NCBI GenBank assembly: GCA_009103225.1
Contig: RHPI01002568.1
Span: forward strand, 385,742-449,741
Source: Chlorokybus atmophyticus
Taxonomy: Eukaryota > Plantae > Mesostigma and Chlorokybus algae
Direction: 5' to 3'
DNA length: 64,000 nucleotides
The notes beneath the pieces are model-generated. The model was not told where the DNA came from and made no database searches. It saw only the letters and a list, made by a program, of their open reading frames with translations. Below, piece by piece: positions 51,301 to 63,873 of the stretch. How positions within the stretch are numbered: the stretch's first letter is position 1; each line of letters starts with the position of its first letter. The translations under genes and the position numbers were made by a program.

Positions 51301-54300
51301 AGGGAGCGTTTTGCCACGCTGTTAGCAGCTGGCTTGGGGAGACGTTTCTTCGGCAAGGGAATGTATGCATACGCTACTTGGCAGGCATGCAGCGTTACCA
51401 TAGCCAAGCTCGATTGAGCTCTCCACGTTTGGATTGCCGGCGTAATCGAAACAGGTGGCGTTGGGCACATGCACGGAAACACCACCATCTGCCTGGACGC
51501 TGACCTGACAAGATAAACATCGGTCAGTCTTCAAGAATTGTTATTATAAGTTCGTCCATTGACGTAGGTGCAGTGACATGCAGAGTCAGCCATGCATGCA
51601 TGCATGGCTGACTCTGCATGCTACTGCACCTTCAAGACTGCAGTCTGGGAGGCGCTCGCCACTTGCAGCTCAGAGGCTTTTGCACCAACGACGGAGATCT
51701 TCATTGCATTGCAGGCAGCCACGGGTTTATCAAACATCACTTCAAGGGACACAGGGTTTGCAGTGGCCAGAAAGGCACACGCTGCCTCTTCATACAGGTG
51801 CACAGGTTGCAGTGATAAGTCAACATTGAGTGTCAGGCGCACTGGTTGAGAGTCTGCGCTGAGGCCAAGCAAACAATTAGGCTCAAAGATCAGATAGTAG
51901 TCCTTACCTGCAATCTGGGCAAGCACTTACCTATCTGCCATTGGTAGGTCACAGATTGTTGGTAGCCTGCCTGGTTAATGGCTGTGACATTGAATATGTG
52001 GGGGCCATCTACCAATGGCCCTGTGCCCCAGTGTGTATCACAGGCTTGGACGCCTTCATCATCCACCTGCATGACCTTGGTTAGTTAATTGCATCCCATA
52101 ACAAGCGCTTGATGTGCAAGAGTTGAGTTCATTTTCTTGCATATTTAGTTGATTGTTCTTGCAGGCAGTGCCATGTCATGCCGATGTTCAACACTCACCT
52201 GGCAAAAGTAGGAGTACTCATCACATGCCATAACCACTGTAGGTTCGACTCGGAAAGAGAAGGCTGCAAAGGGACTGCTCGAGATGGCAGCTGGCGTCAC
52301 CAGCAGCGCAACATGTGAAGAACCTGCATACAACCAATGCCTAGCATTTGCAGCCGAGACAGCTGTTTGGATGCTTGCAGAGAGATACCCAAGTGGACAA
52401 TGGACGCACACACCTTGATCCAGTTGTTGACAAGGACCTGCAGGCACGAGCCATAATGGCGACTCTGCTGGTGGTCCAGATGGTGGCTCAGCAGGTGTTG
52501 AAGTTGCATGCTCAGTGGGAGCAACCTGTGGTGTTGAAGAAGGCGCGGTGCTTGAAGCAGGCGGTGATTCAGTTGGCGATGCAGATGTCGGCGTGCTTGC
52601 AGGAGGAGGAGAAGTGGGTGCAACGTAAGGCGCAGGCTGGACAGGTGCCAAGATTGGCACTTGTGGTGGTGCCAAGCCAGGAGCAACAGGTAACGGCGAC
52701 GGCGCTGGCGCGGGTGAAGCTGGAGTTGGCGAATGAGGTGGAGGAGGAGGTGATGGCGCTCTCAGAGGTGGCTGCGATGGCGCAGGAGACGGAGGTGGTG
52801 GCTGCAGATGACTGGTCACTGGTGCGGGCGGTGGATGCAAGTTGGATGGGGCAGGGGCAGGTGCCTGCACTGGTGATGCAAGAGGGGGCTCAACAGGACT
52901 CGGCAGAGGTGGTGGATGCCATGATGGTGATGCTAAAGGCGCCTGCCCTGGAGAGAGTGATGATGGAGCTTCTGATGGGGGCGGATGCAGGGGTGGTTGC
53001 ATCACCACGACTGGGGGTGATGGCACTGGAGGAGTATGCATCGGTGGTGGTGGAGATGCTGGAGGTCTGTTCTGTAACGGTGGTGGTGGCGGTGAGGGTG
53101 GAGGAGGAGGGCTTGCATGTAAAGGGGGCGGCGGCCGCGAAAGCGCAGCAGGTGGAGGCGGCCTTGGAGGAGACATGGAGGGTGGTGGCGACCCCAGTAC
53201 TGCCTCTGGAGGTATGGCGGGCGGTGGTGGTGGTGGTGGTCCCTGCATGGGAGGTGCTTGTGGTGGCGGGATGTCAGGTGGAGGCGCTTGCAGTGGAGCC
53301 TGATTTGTTGCGGGCGGCGGAGGAGAAGCGGCAACGGCAGGTGCAGGTGGAGGAGGAGATGGAAGAAGTGGACCGGGTGGTGGTGGGGGAGGGGGACTGT
53401 CGTTTGTTGTGGGTGGTTGCCCTTGCCCTTGCTCGGCAGGAGGGGGTGCGGGGTTAGGAGGAGGAGGAGGAGGAGGAGCAAGTATGACGCTGGGTGGGGG
53501 CGGACTTGGACTCATCCAATTCGGTGGCGGCGGGTTTGGCGCAGCGGGTGGTGGGTTGTTGTTGACAGGAGGAGACGGAGCAGGCGGTGGAGGAGATGGA
53601 TCAGGGGGTGGAGGCGGTGGTGGTGACGGTGGCGGTGGCGGTGGCGGTGGCGGTGGCGGTGGCGGTGGCGGTGGCGGTGGCGGTGGCGGTGGCGGTGGCG
53701 GTGGCGGTGGCGGTGGCGATGGCGATGGTGGCGGCCAGGGTGTTGAGGGTGGTGGTGAGAGTGGAGAGGGCAAAACAACATCTGCAAAACCCGGCAACCC
53801 GAGAGGCCACATGTCAGCACCTCGATAAAGTAGGCACCATTTGCAAGGCACCCAATGCATCGGTATGAATCCTCCTTTTGCCATGCAAATGCAATGACAT
53901 GCTTTCTCAAGACAGCGTCCCACGTTTCACATTTTGTACCAGTGCGTGGACATGACAGCAGTGCACATGCTGGCTTTCCGTGCTGTCAACTTGCTTGTAA
54001 CACACTGTACACGTGGACGCGTATGAATTAAACTCATATATACGCCTTGGTCAGATGACTTGTTATACAAACCTTGACACACGCTATAAATGGAGCTGCA
54101 ATCATCATTGCTGCATCGCAAACCCTGGCAACATCAGCTTCATCAACCACCCTTTGGGCAGTAAACTAGCAAGCGCCAGCAACTCATGTCATACCTGCGG
54201 CTTGGATGCTGCTGGGCAAAACTCCACGGTCGTTGCCATGTCGTGGGCAAAGACCGTGCGCACCTCACCGGTATTAACCTGCACATGCAGTTACCAATGG

Positions 54301-55822
54301 GCATGACATGCCAAGCAGCTTGTGTGATCAATCACTCATCATGGTGTATCAGTCTATAATTGTGTTATTGCAGAGTCCAGTTGAGTGTACACTTTACCTG
54401 CGCATTGTTTTCGAAAATGCAGTCCTCAAAGCGGTAGTTTCCTCCAGACAAAGCAATCGTGGCAGACACGTCCGTGTCCTGCAGGATACCCGTGCTTGTA
54501 TGTTAACACCTACATGTAAGCCATTGTTGGACAAGAGTTGAGCTGTGCACTCGTACCACAGAGTTGTCATGGAACGAGCACCCAGAGAAGACCCCATCAG
54601 CATCTTCAAGGTAGATGGAGGACCACCCCTGATACGCAGGACTAGCGATCAACAGCAGCTAACACACACGCACGCGCATGCGTACACGCAAGCGCGTGCA
54701 CACACTGGCTTTTGAGATGTTGTGTCATGGCACACTGCTTTCAGGGCGTACCGCCTGGTTGTTGGCGAACGTGCAGTTGACAAACGACAACTGCGTCGGT
54801 TGTGCCTGGCTACCCGTCACGCTATAGTACGCCAGTGCTGCACCATGGTAGTCCTACACAATACAACACCCATGCAATGTTACCAAGAGCGTGCGCTTGT
54901 GGCATGTGTGTGACTGACTGTTGCATGTGACTTACCGATTTGGCGTTGACGATGGCGATGTTAGTAAAGTCGACAAAGCCCGCAGACAATTTTATGTACA
55001 GTGCGCCATACGTGTTCTGCGCATCAATCGTGCAGACTCTGTCCTGCCTGGTTGCACAATTGCCGGTTATGGTTGCGGACTGTAGTATGTCCAGCCCGCC
55101 GCTGTCGAGCTGTATGTCTGCAGTCAGAGTGATGTCCAAGAATGGGGAAGTACTGTAGCCGTAGGGATCCAAGGCTTGCCTAAACTCGTCCACGTTGGAA
55201 ACAAACTCCGTAGATTGGACGCCTGCCAACATATGCGCATCAGCCCAGGGAGCAAACAACACAGCACTGAACGGAATAGCTTTCTTTAAGCAAACCTGTG
55301 TACGCTAGATCAGCATGTTATTCACACTGGTTTCACATCACAACAAACACCTGCACTGCATTCTGATTCGGCCTGAACGTATGTCTTGGAACTCTGCCAT
55401 GGATGCAGTGCAGACCTGCCTTGGTCGACAGACTACTTAGTAACTATTAGAAACTGTTAGCTTGTTGGGAATATGACTACAACAATGACGTTTGCAGCAA
55501 GTTGTCATACTCATGTGTCACGACCAACAGTGTCGCTGCTTGTTAGAACACAGTGCAAGTGTGCGATTAGAACTGAGTGCCTAATGTGGGTCGCTCGTTC
55601 AAAGGCGCAGTCAGCGTTTATCAAGGCAGTCGACGTGATACTACTGCTTGTGCAAAGCGCACAATTAATAATTAAACAAAAACGTAAGTATCTTGTGCAA
55701 AGCGCATCTCGCCTGCATGATAAGGTACGTGTCCTAGTTGGGTGGGAGCAGGTGTGTTTGAGTTTGTGTGTGTGCTGTGTGCTGTGTGTGGCAGTGTCAC
55801 GTGCAACTGTGTGTGCTGCGTG

Positions 55823-55856
<34 letters not shown>

Positions 55857-56231
55857 GTGTGTGTGTGCGTGCGCGCGCGTGAGCACGTGCACGTGCGCTC
55901 GTGCGTGTGCTCTGTGTGTGCTCCTGTGTTTGTGTTGTGTTGTTTGTCTGCTGTGTGCAAGTGCGTGCACGTGTGTGTCCTGTGTGTGTTATGGTCGTCT
56001 GTGCTGGGTTGTTGTGATTGCGTGCTTAGCAAATCCATTACCAAACCCTATGATAGCATTAAACAGCACATGCTGGTGAATGTTGCAATGGTGGGGAACG
56101 CTCCTTCGCAGCCCCTTACCTGGTACGCTCCCCAAGACCGCGAGCGCTGTGGTGAGTAGTAATCCTACGCAGCGCAGTACCCAGCAGCAGCGGACGACGC
56201 TCCGCTGGTGCCTGCGCAAGCCAGCGTGCAT
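48398..56231 (-). CDS. Large cell-surface multi-pass membrane protein: signal peptide, beta-helix-like repeats, polyproline stalk, Ig-like domains, At3g48200-like multi-TM domain
   Basis: Exon 1 (56231-56120) LLLTTALAVLGSVP|G joins phase-1 to VQSTEFVSN. Repeats FVNCTFANN, FSGCSFHDN, FEDCIFENN. ~450-aa Pro-rich stretch within 52197-53800. Ig-like LVDGPHIFNVTAINQAG, FDYAGNPN, AKDVGGNPS. TM part WRSFGGTVFWAALLL, LSWPRVIHFG, GHLFQHLRGPAYML, PFATRRLHVF, QWHQLYAAV; stop 48398-48400. Confidence 0.8.
53627..53718 (-). repeat. Perfect coding hexamer repeat (CCACCG)n, ~15 units, encoding ~30 consecutive prolines
   Basis: + strand reads (CGGTGG)n. Confidence 0.92.
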
Positions 56232-56548
56232 TGCGCCGCCCTCGCGCCCGCCCGCGCAGGCCAGGCCATGCATGACCCGCCAGAGCAACATGGCGGTGGG
56301 GCCCTCCCCAGTTTGGGTCCCTTACGTAACGGACGGGCACTCGGCGAATCTGACCTCGATATAAGAGCGACGTTTGAGAATGCGTCAAGCTGTAACACAT
56401 CTAGCGCCGCTGCATCGAGCGGCCAATAAAATCAGCACCTTCCGAACACTGGCGGTCGACCGCGACGATGTGTGCCGGCGGTCGACAGACGCTCGGCTTT
56501 CTTCCTACCCTACTGCTAAACCTCCTGCACGCCGCAAACTCCTAGCGA

Positions 56549-56715
56549 CATTATACTACTTTGCACACGATGAGCGATTTACATTCCTTTTGTCGCAAAC
56601 AACAATCCTACCTACAGTCCAACTTTGGCAAGAACACCTAAGCCCTACGATGCAACGCATTCATCATTATATTTGTGGTTTACACGATGAACAACTGCAG
56701 ATGCATCAAACATTC
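56549..56715 (+). repeat. Direct repeat B, outer copy (167 bp)
   Basis: cattatactactttgcacacgatgagcg...atgcatcaaacattc, near-identical to 57130-57296 (a handful of substitutions). Confidence 0.95.
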
Positions 56716-57129
56716 GGGACGTACCGACGGTGGTTGATAATGACGCGTATCACCGTCGATGTGACGACACGAACGTACGGTGATAAACACGCTGTTCGCA
56801 TGACCCGGATCTTCGTTACATGTCATGAATGCATTCGCATTTACAAGCAGCTCAGTTTGATCAACAATTGCGTACGCACTGGCCAGCGCAATCGAGACTG
56901 GGCGCATGTGTCTGGCGCAGTGGCGCAACAGGGTGGGGCGGGAAGGGCGAACTTTCGGCCGTCAGCGCCGCCGCCAGCGACGCCGCTGAGGTGACGGCCG
57001 CGACTGAACAGTAAGTTGACACGTGTGTGTGTCAATTAACCCTAGCGCTAACAACTAATACCAATTAATTGATTAACAGTTTGTTATTTCAATTTAGATG
57101 ACCAATAGTCAGCCTCAACGAGTAATGAC

Positions 57130-57296
57130 CATTATACTACTTTGCACACGATGAGCGATTTACATTCCTTTTGTCGCAAACAACAATCCTACCTACAGTC
57201 CAACTTTGGCAAGAACACCTAAGCCCTACGATGCAACACATTCATCGTTATAGTTGTGGTTTACACGATGAACAACTGTAGATGCATCAAACATTC
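57130..57296 (+). repeat. Direct repeat B, inner copy (167 bp)
   Basis: Near-identical to 56549-56715. Confidence 0.95.
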
Positions 57297-57427
57297 TACC
57301 GCACCCTCCCAAGCATACATTAGTAGGTAAGGGTTATAGGTGTAGAGCTTGGTATGGTTTCTCGCCAAAGTTATAGTCAAGGCCATTGTGTTTAGTAGCT
57401 GAGTAATGGTTTCTCTGTGTCCGCAGA

Positions 57428-58656
57428 TGGATTTTGCACAGCGGTTGCAGCAAACCGCTGATGTGCAACGCACCGCACGCGCAGCAATTCGTCCTCAACC
57501 AATAACCAGTTGTAATCTGCGTGAGCGAGCTGCGGCAGCGCTGATAGACGTGGAGCGCATCAGCCGTGAAGCTGTCTGCGATGAGACTCGCAATCAACGT
57601 GATCGCGTGTGGCAAGAGTTTGTCAACTATCTGCAACATCCTGAGCTGAGTATTGCTGTTGCCAACGTCACCCCAGCAGTTGTCACAAGCTACCTTGCTG
57701 GGCACTGGACCGACACACACATTGGCAAAGCTCGCAGGCTTGACCGCCATGGCCATCGCATGATCGCTAGCACGACACTGGACAATGTCATTTCCCATCT
57801 CACATGCTCCTTCAGATTGCTGGGACGCATCAGCCCTTGGGACAGCGACATGTCTGTGGGCAACCCGCTTCTGTCCATAGACGTGCTCGAGTTTCGCCAA
57901 GGGTATGCGAAGATTGCTGCTCGGCAAGGCGTGCAACCAACTGCTGCTGTACCACTGGCGATGGATGACATGCGCACGCTGATCTACCACTTCCAGCAAC
58001 AGCTGTCTACCATACCTCAGCCATCTACTGTCACACATGACAAGGCTGTGCTCTGGCGCGACTACACATTATGCATATACCTGTGGTGCACATGGCAACG
58101 GGGTGGTGAAGGTGCGCGTTTACAAATGCACGAGATACAAGCGGCTGATTCAAGCTCAGGGCTAGCGGCCACTTTAACACATCTGAAAAATTACAGCACG
58201 GGAGGTATACAAGTGCGCAGCAGTGGTCTCCCTATGGAGTTCTCTGAAGTGCTCTACGCCTATCTGACCTATTGTCGCAACAGCTCCTTTGCCATCACTG
58301 CTGGTCCTTTATTCCGACTTATTGCAAAGAATAGGTTGAAGTGGGAAGAACACTGCATGTCAGGCAATTGTGCTTATCATGCCTTCGTGCGTTGCTGCAA
58401 GGCATGTGGCATTTATAGGCCGCACCTGGGGTTGCATTCCTTTCGGCGTGGTGCTGCACAGAGTGCCTTTCATGCCGGTGTCACCCTGGAAGAAATACAA
58501 GCTCAAGGCACATGGAGAAGTCCTGTTATCATGCATCGTTATCTACATGAGAGGTATGCTTACCCAGTGCACAAAAGCACAAATGTATGGGTAGCGTCCA
58601 GGGTTGATGCTGTTTGCGGGTACTCGCGCACCCCTTTGAAACCACTCAGGTCTTGA
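57428..58656 (+). CDS. Tyrosine recombinase of the retroelement (intact, intronless, ~409 aa)
   Basis: Core-binding region (VGNPLLSIDVLEFRQGYAK) and catalytic motifs WQRGGE (R), GLHSFRRGAA (HxxR), GTW, HRY (Y). Confidence 0.92.
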
Positions 58657-59190
58657 GCCCAACCTCTCAAAATAACTGAATTGCCAATTGTGAAATACTG
58701 GCCACCACACAGCAGAGTGCCATTCAGGCACCAACACCACAGCTGGTAGCTGATAGTACTGCAATAATGCTATGGCTTCATGCAGGAGAGCCAATGGCGG
58801 GTGACACCAAACAAAGCCGCCACCCAAGCGCTGAAGAACGTCACGCCAGTTTGTAGTTAGAGCATTTCCCAAACTTCCAGACATGTGTATGTAGCTGAAA
58901 TAAGCGGGTGTTTTGCTGTTCCAATCGGCTGCAAAACAATCCAACGCCGGTTGTCCAACATGTTGCTGCACATGCGCAGTTGCATCTGCGGTTAGACACC
59001 AATCCCCTCTATCCACAAACTTGAACAATGCGTCCGCATCGCGCAGCGCATCGCGAGAGCGCCACACACATGTCAGCGCTATGTCACGCTCCCAGCACAA
59101 GGACCACAATTGATGTAAGGCCTGCAGCACGTGAGGGTCTGATGCAGACAGCTTGTTCAACATCTGTATAGCCGGTGTACGCGGTGCAGC
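58543..59190 (-). pseudogene. C-terminal RNase H fragment plus DIRS-type DNA N6-adenine methyltransferase-like domain, 5'-truncated
   Basis: LHQLWSLCWERDIALTCVWRSRDALRDADALFK (decayed RNase H W..R..N..AD.LS motif), GDWCL, LDCFAADWNSK, FVWCHPPL, VVLVPEWHSAVWWP. Confidence 0.85.
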
Positions 59191-61759
59191 GTTGCGGTTG
59201 CGCCATTGACGGTTGCGCCAAGGGTTGCGCCATGTTGCACCAGAGGCCCCTAATTTTGGCGATTGGCGAGTCCGCAAAAACCGTCCCATAAAATGCAGTC
59301 TCTAGCGGTCTTATGCATATAAGCATTCTTAACATGTTTATGTGCGTGGCCTTTCATACATGAAGACTTACCGACGTAATAAAGTATGAGATATGTAAGT
59401 ATACTTACACAACAACCATTTCAACATATACTTGGTGGGTGGGGGGTAAGCACATAAGAACATGAGCAAATGTGATATGCTGCTTTATTACAGCATCATA
59501 TTAATCAACTTTATAATTGCCAATATATGCTATTTACCTTTACTTCAACTCATAATGCATACGTAGTAATATATGAGTTTACAGTTGCTTCTCAAGGACT
59601 GTATCAAAAAGCGCAAATGACGTGCAAGCTGCTGGCTGCGATTGTTATAGATGTGAAACACTGTAGAAGGTTTCGCCAGCTTTCGCCACATGCATCAATA
59701 GCACTGCACCCATTGCCAGAGCCCTTAGGGTTGCACCGCGTACACTGGACATAGATGACTTGCACTCGCTTCTTCCCTTATTCAAGAAATGGCACATATG
59801 GTGATGATTGATTTGTAAGCCACAACATGGTTATCATAGTATTATTTATGTGTAATTATGTGTAATATATGCAGACTTGAAGCAACGTTAACGCGACATT
59901 TAGATCAACATTAACAAGTAGTTAAAAATCAAAAATATCCATCGTACAAACGTACACATATAGTCTGCATGATAAGGCTTGTGGACTATAATACCTTGAA
60001 TAACAAGCTAGGTAGCCAAAGTAGCTACTTGAGCAGCACATGTAATTTTATGAATACACTTGACGTCACTGCCGTAATAAATAATTTTAAATAGCATGGG
60101 ATTAAGCTACATAATCTAACACATAAACTTTATATAAGCTACCACAATCTTACATCAAGCAACTTACACTGCCTTTGCTGCAGGCGCATTCAAAAGGGCT
60201 TAACAGTTAGTGGGAAGCTAAGCTCGACGATTATACGTTTTCACTTTTAAATGCATGTATGACAAATCCGCTACTACTTGGGTAGGAGTATTATTTCATA
60301 TAATTCTTTCACATCATGCTCCTTTCACATCATTATTTCACATCGTTATCTCACATCATGGTCGACATGAATGCAATGAATTGCACAATGTTATGCCACA
60401 GCTTAAATTACACAAGCTATCTCATTGCATGGATGATGCCCATGCTGCAGGTGCATCATGGCTGGCTGTAACATGGGACCTCACGGACTTGACCATAAGC
60501 TTATGTCGATTTCAAGTTCAAGTCCGTAGCTTTTTAGGCAGGCTTGCCGTAAGTCGCGAGCACCAGGTGCTGCAACGCGGCGCGCCCACGTCGCGAGTTG
60601 CAGCACCAAGAGATGCTGGACATCGCAGCGGAATGAGTATCGAATGCTAGATATGTCCGCAATCAAACGGCAGAAAAAGTTGTGCTGATTGTGAAAGGCA
60701 CACCACTTTTCTGGAGACTGCACTGTGGGGCAGTGTCAGGGAGGTAGGGTAGGGCGGCGGTTTTTAGGCTCATCATTATCCACTTTGTGACATTACTCCC
60801 CCTTCTGCATGTGAGCTTGTTCTCAAGCTCACATTCTCATGCATGCACCGCACGTGTCCGCGCGTTGCTCAGCCTATGTGCGCTGCGCAACCCCAATCAT
60901 TCACTGGTCAGCCCTGTCGGCGTCACCGGGTCCCTCAACCCTGACTGCGCGCTAGAATTCTGCAAGTTGGTTCTGTGCCGCGCAGTCCATCTTGATCGGC
61001 CTTTCACAGCAGTCAGGACGCCAGACGCCTTTTGCTTATGCTGGTGCTCTGAGATTGCACTGAATGAAAGGCTTCGATGGAGCCTCGCAACGGACATAGA
61101 CCGCGAACCGAGTGTGAACACCTCTGATCCTTACGTGCGTTCACCGCCTGTCGGCACTGTTCCCCTTTGACCGTCGTGCGTTAACGGCTGTCAATCAGCT
61201 GTGGCGTCAACGACCAGTGTAGAGCGGTGTATGAAGTCGTTGGTGATACTCGTTGCTCGGCGGTGTATATCCTATATGTAATGTCAAGAATGTGTTGTTG
61301 TAACAAAACATGTCACTCTACCGGTAGCAGATTGCATTGTGTCTGATTATTATAATGTACTCATACTTTACAAATTGCTTAAATAATGCGTGTATACAGA
61401 CATGTTCCCGGTCTCATACCAGTTACAAAATGTGTACACACGTATTAAGCATGTTGAGTATGTACTATATTCTTACGATTATCAATACATAAGACTAAAT
61501 TCAATATAGACATAGTACATATCAACATCACAATGCAAAGTGTGTACGTGTGTACCGCGCGGTAGTATAATAATGCCGTGCATCAATTTCATGCCAAAAT
61601 GAAGCCCATTCATAATACGTGCTGCCGCAACCAATTGCTTATCCTTAGCGGTGACCACCGTTTTAACATCAGTAACAACGGGTAATCACACAACCTGCAC
61701 AAACGGCGCGGCCAAACCGCTGATTGGTAGCGCAAAGCCAACAGAGTTTAAAGCTGTAA

Positions 61760-61793
61760 CGACGCTGATCGATCAGCTGATCGATCAGCGTCG
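61760..61793. repeat. Perfect 34-bp palindrome
   Basis: cgacgctgatcgatcagctgatcgatcagcgtcg equals its own reverse complement. Confidence 0.9.
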
Positions 61794-63873
61794 ACCCTGC
61801 ATTTTTTACCGTCAAACACAGTCGCGACTGCAACTATCTCAACGCTGCTAATAAACATCTGACACCGTAAAACTACATTAACCTACGCGATTCACTAGCG
61901 CACAGGAGGTTGCATGCTTGACTCCGCTACTCGCGGGCCGGCATAAGCTTTGCTTGGATGGAAGGCGTCTTGCGTACTGTCGAATAGATTGCGCCTCGGT
62001 CATTTAGCCCCTTTGAACTGAGCTCTGTCATCAATTCCTAACTGACCTCACTGACCAGTCTCAAGTGGGTTAATCGCGCCTTACGCGTCTTTATCGGCCA
62101 TTGTATTGGCCATTGCCAATCATTGATAGGGTATCTTGCCGGCATTCAGTCATTAAGTTTTCAGGTAACCACTTTTCGCGCCATGCTCATGTATGGCTGC
62201 GAATTAGCTCCATAACATATTTTCTGCCTTTTCTAAGCCATTACATGCCCTTAGATCTTTTCCAACCGCCGTCAGTTCTATCCCCACTAAGAGTCGAACC
62301 TGGATTGTGCAAGCTTCAATACCATTGTACAACTTCTGGTGGGGCTCGGCGGCGGCGGCAGCGGCATGGCAATGCCTGACGTGGGCGAGGAGACTGCTGG
62401 TGCTGAGGTGGTTGCTCGGTTGATGGACCAGGGGGTGATGCAAGCGACTACGTCACAACGTGAGGTAGATAGTGCTGGGAGTGTGTTGGGTAAGGAGTGG
62501 CTGGTGACAGGCGGCGGTGCTGTTAGTCGGCATGCACATGGGGTTGAGTTGGCAGAGGGTGGTGGCGCATATAGCGCAGACACAGATACAGCTGTTATTA
62601 GCCTTACCACCCATGTTCACACTCCCCACGTTCACGGCAGCGACGGCGGCGGCGTGAGCTTCTACGGATGCCAATGGTGTTGAGATTGTGCAGGGGCCCG
62701 GCGGGCCGTTAGAGTGGCCAGCAGCAGCATTGGCGTCCGCACAATCGGCATCACTATCATCTTCCCTGTCAGTGACGGCCAAGCAACGCGCACAGCATGC
62801 AGCACACCCCAGCCACCCCATGGCTCCAAACCGAAGCAGATCAATGCGGCAGCTTAACCAGCTGCGTATTTCAACTTAGGATATCGAGCCCTGGGCCGGC
62901 AACCGGCAAGCGGTAGGCGCTGCACGCACCCCAGTTTCAACGGCAGTCAGAGTCTGACGCAGCTCGTCGCCTGATACAGCGGGCCGCCAGCTGCGGTGCA
63001 CGGCATCGGCGGCTTTGTGTTCAACGGACTAGACGGAGGGGGCACACGTTGCGTCGAGCCCATAAACTAGATTGGTCAAGCCGATCGGGCTGATCGGGCG
63101 GCTTGGGCTGACGAGGCTCATCGGAAAAGTTGACAAGACAGTCATTTCATAGCAAATGACAACTACAATTTCGGCTAACACGATGTGACAATTCATTTGC
63201 ATCATGCATGTCATAACGCATATCTTTTTTATGTTTTATAACATTAGTGCTACTACATGTCATATTAACAGTAAAAGGGTGATGTAAAAAGACACTTACA
63301 TCAATAACAATCATTCAACTCTTAATGGTGACAACCATGCGGAATTTTTTCCGCGGACTAGTATTGGTCTGCACGTACGGACCAGGGTCAAATTGCCCGG
63401 GCGGCTTGGGGTTCGAATCAGGGTCGCCCGCCTTGGTCTGTGCGCAGAGATCATGTAGTTGCGACGCCGGAGGGGTTTTGCCTGTGCCGGTGGGCTTGAG
63501 ATTGCAGTACATGGACGGCTTGGATCGTCTCTCACAACGTATGAGTGCATGTAATTGCGTGTGAGCACAGCTGATCCGCGGGCGTGTTCAGGGTGCGATC
63601 AGTGCGTTCTGTCGGCGCTGTGTTTCTGTTGGTTGACTGCTGGACATCACTGTTAATCAGCCATCGTTTGTGTTTGACAAGTAGCTGATCGCGTCGGAAT
63701 GCGTTGCTGGGTAGACGTTACCTGTCGTAAGATATCGCTAAAAGGCGTTTGTGTACAGGGTGTGCTCGACGTGTGTGTGTGTGTGATATCTGCGTAGGAT
63801 AACGGTGTTGTGATTTCAAGTTTGGGAGTGTTGAGACGGGGTGAGATGTGCGTTGCAGCCGGTGTCGGCGTCG

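Larger units (their letters stand above)
56549..59190 (-). mobile_element. 5'-truncated tyrosine-recombinase retrotransposon (DIRS order, PAT/kangaroo-like) with split-direct-repeat 3' end
   Basis: Partial RNase H plus methyltransferase-like ORF on -, YR ORF on +, and a 167-bp direct repeat pair at the 3' end (relative to RH). No RT domain was found in the window. Confidence 0.85.

Noticed and set aside
52348-53910. Long + strand ORFs (369 aa Val/Ala-rich; Gly-rich 139 and 153 aa) and the - strand HRHRHR ORF
   Set aside because: Antisense or alternative-frame shadows of the proline-rich exon.
56374-56994. 206-aa ORF overlapping the outer B repeat
   Set aside because: No recognisable domain; it spans the host/element junction and terminal repeat, so it is probably a chance ORF.
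57428-58656. Crypton DNA transposon or phage integrase
   Set aside because: The adjacent RNase H-methylase fragment and split direct repeats indicate a DIRS-order retroelement.
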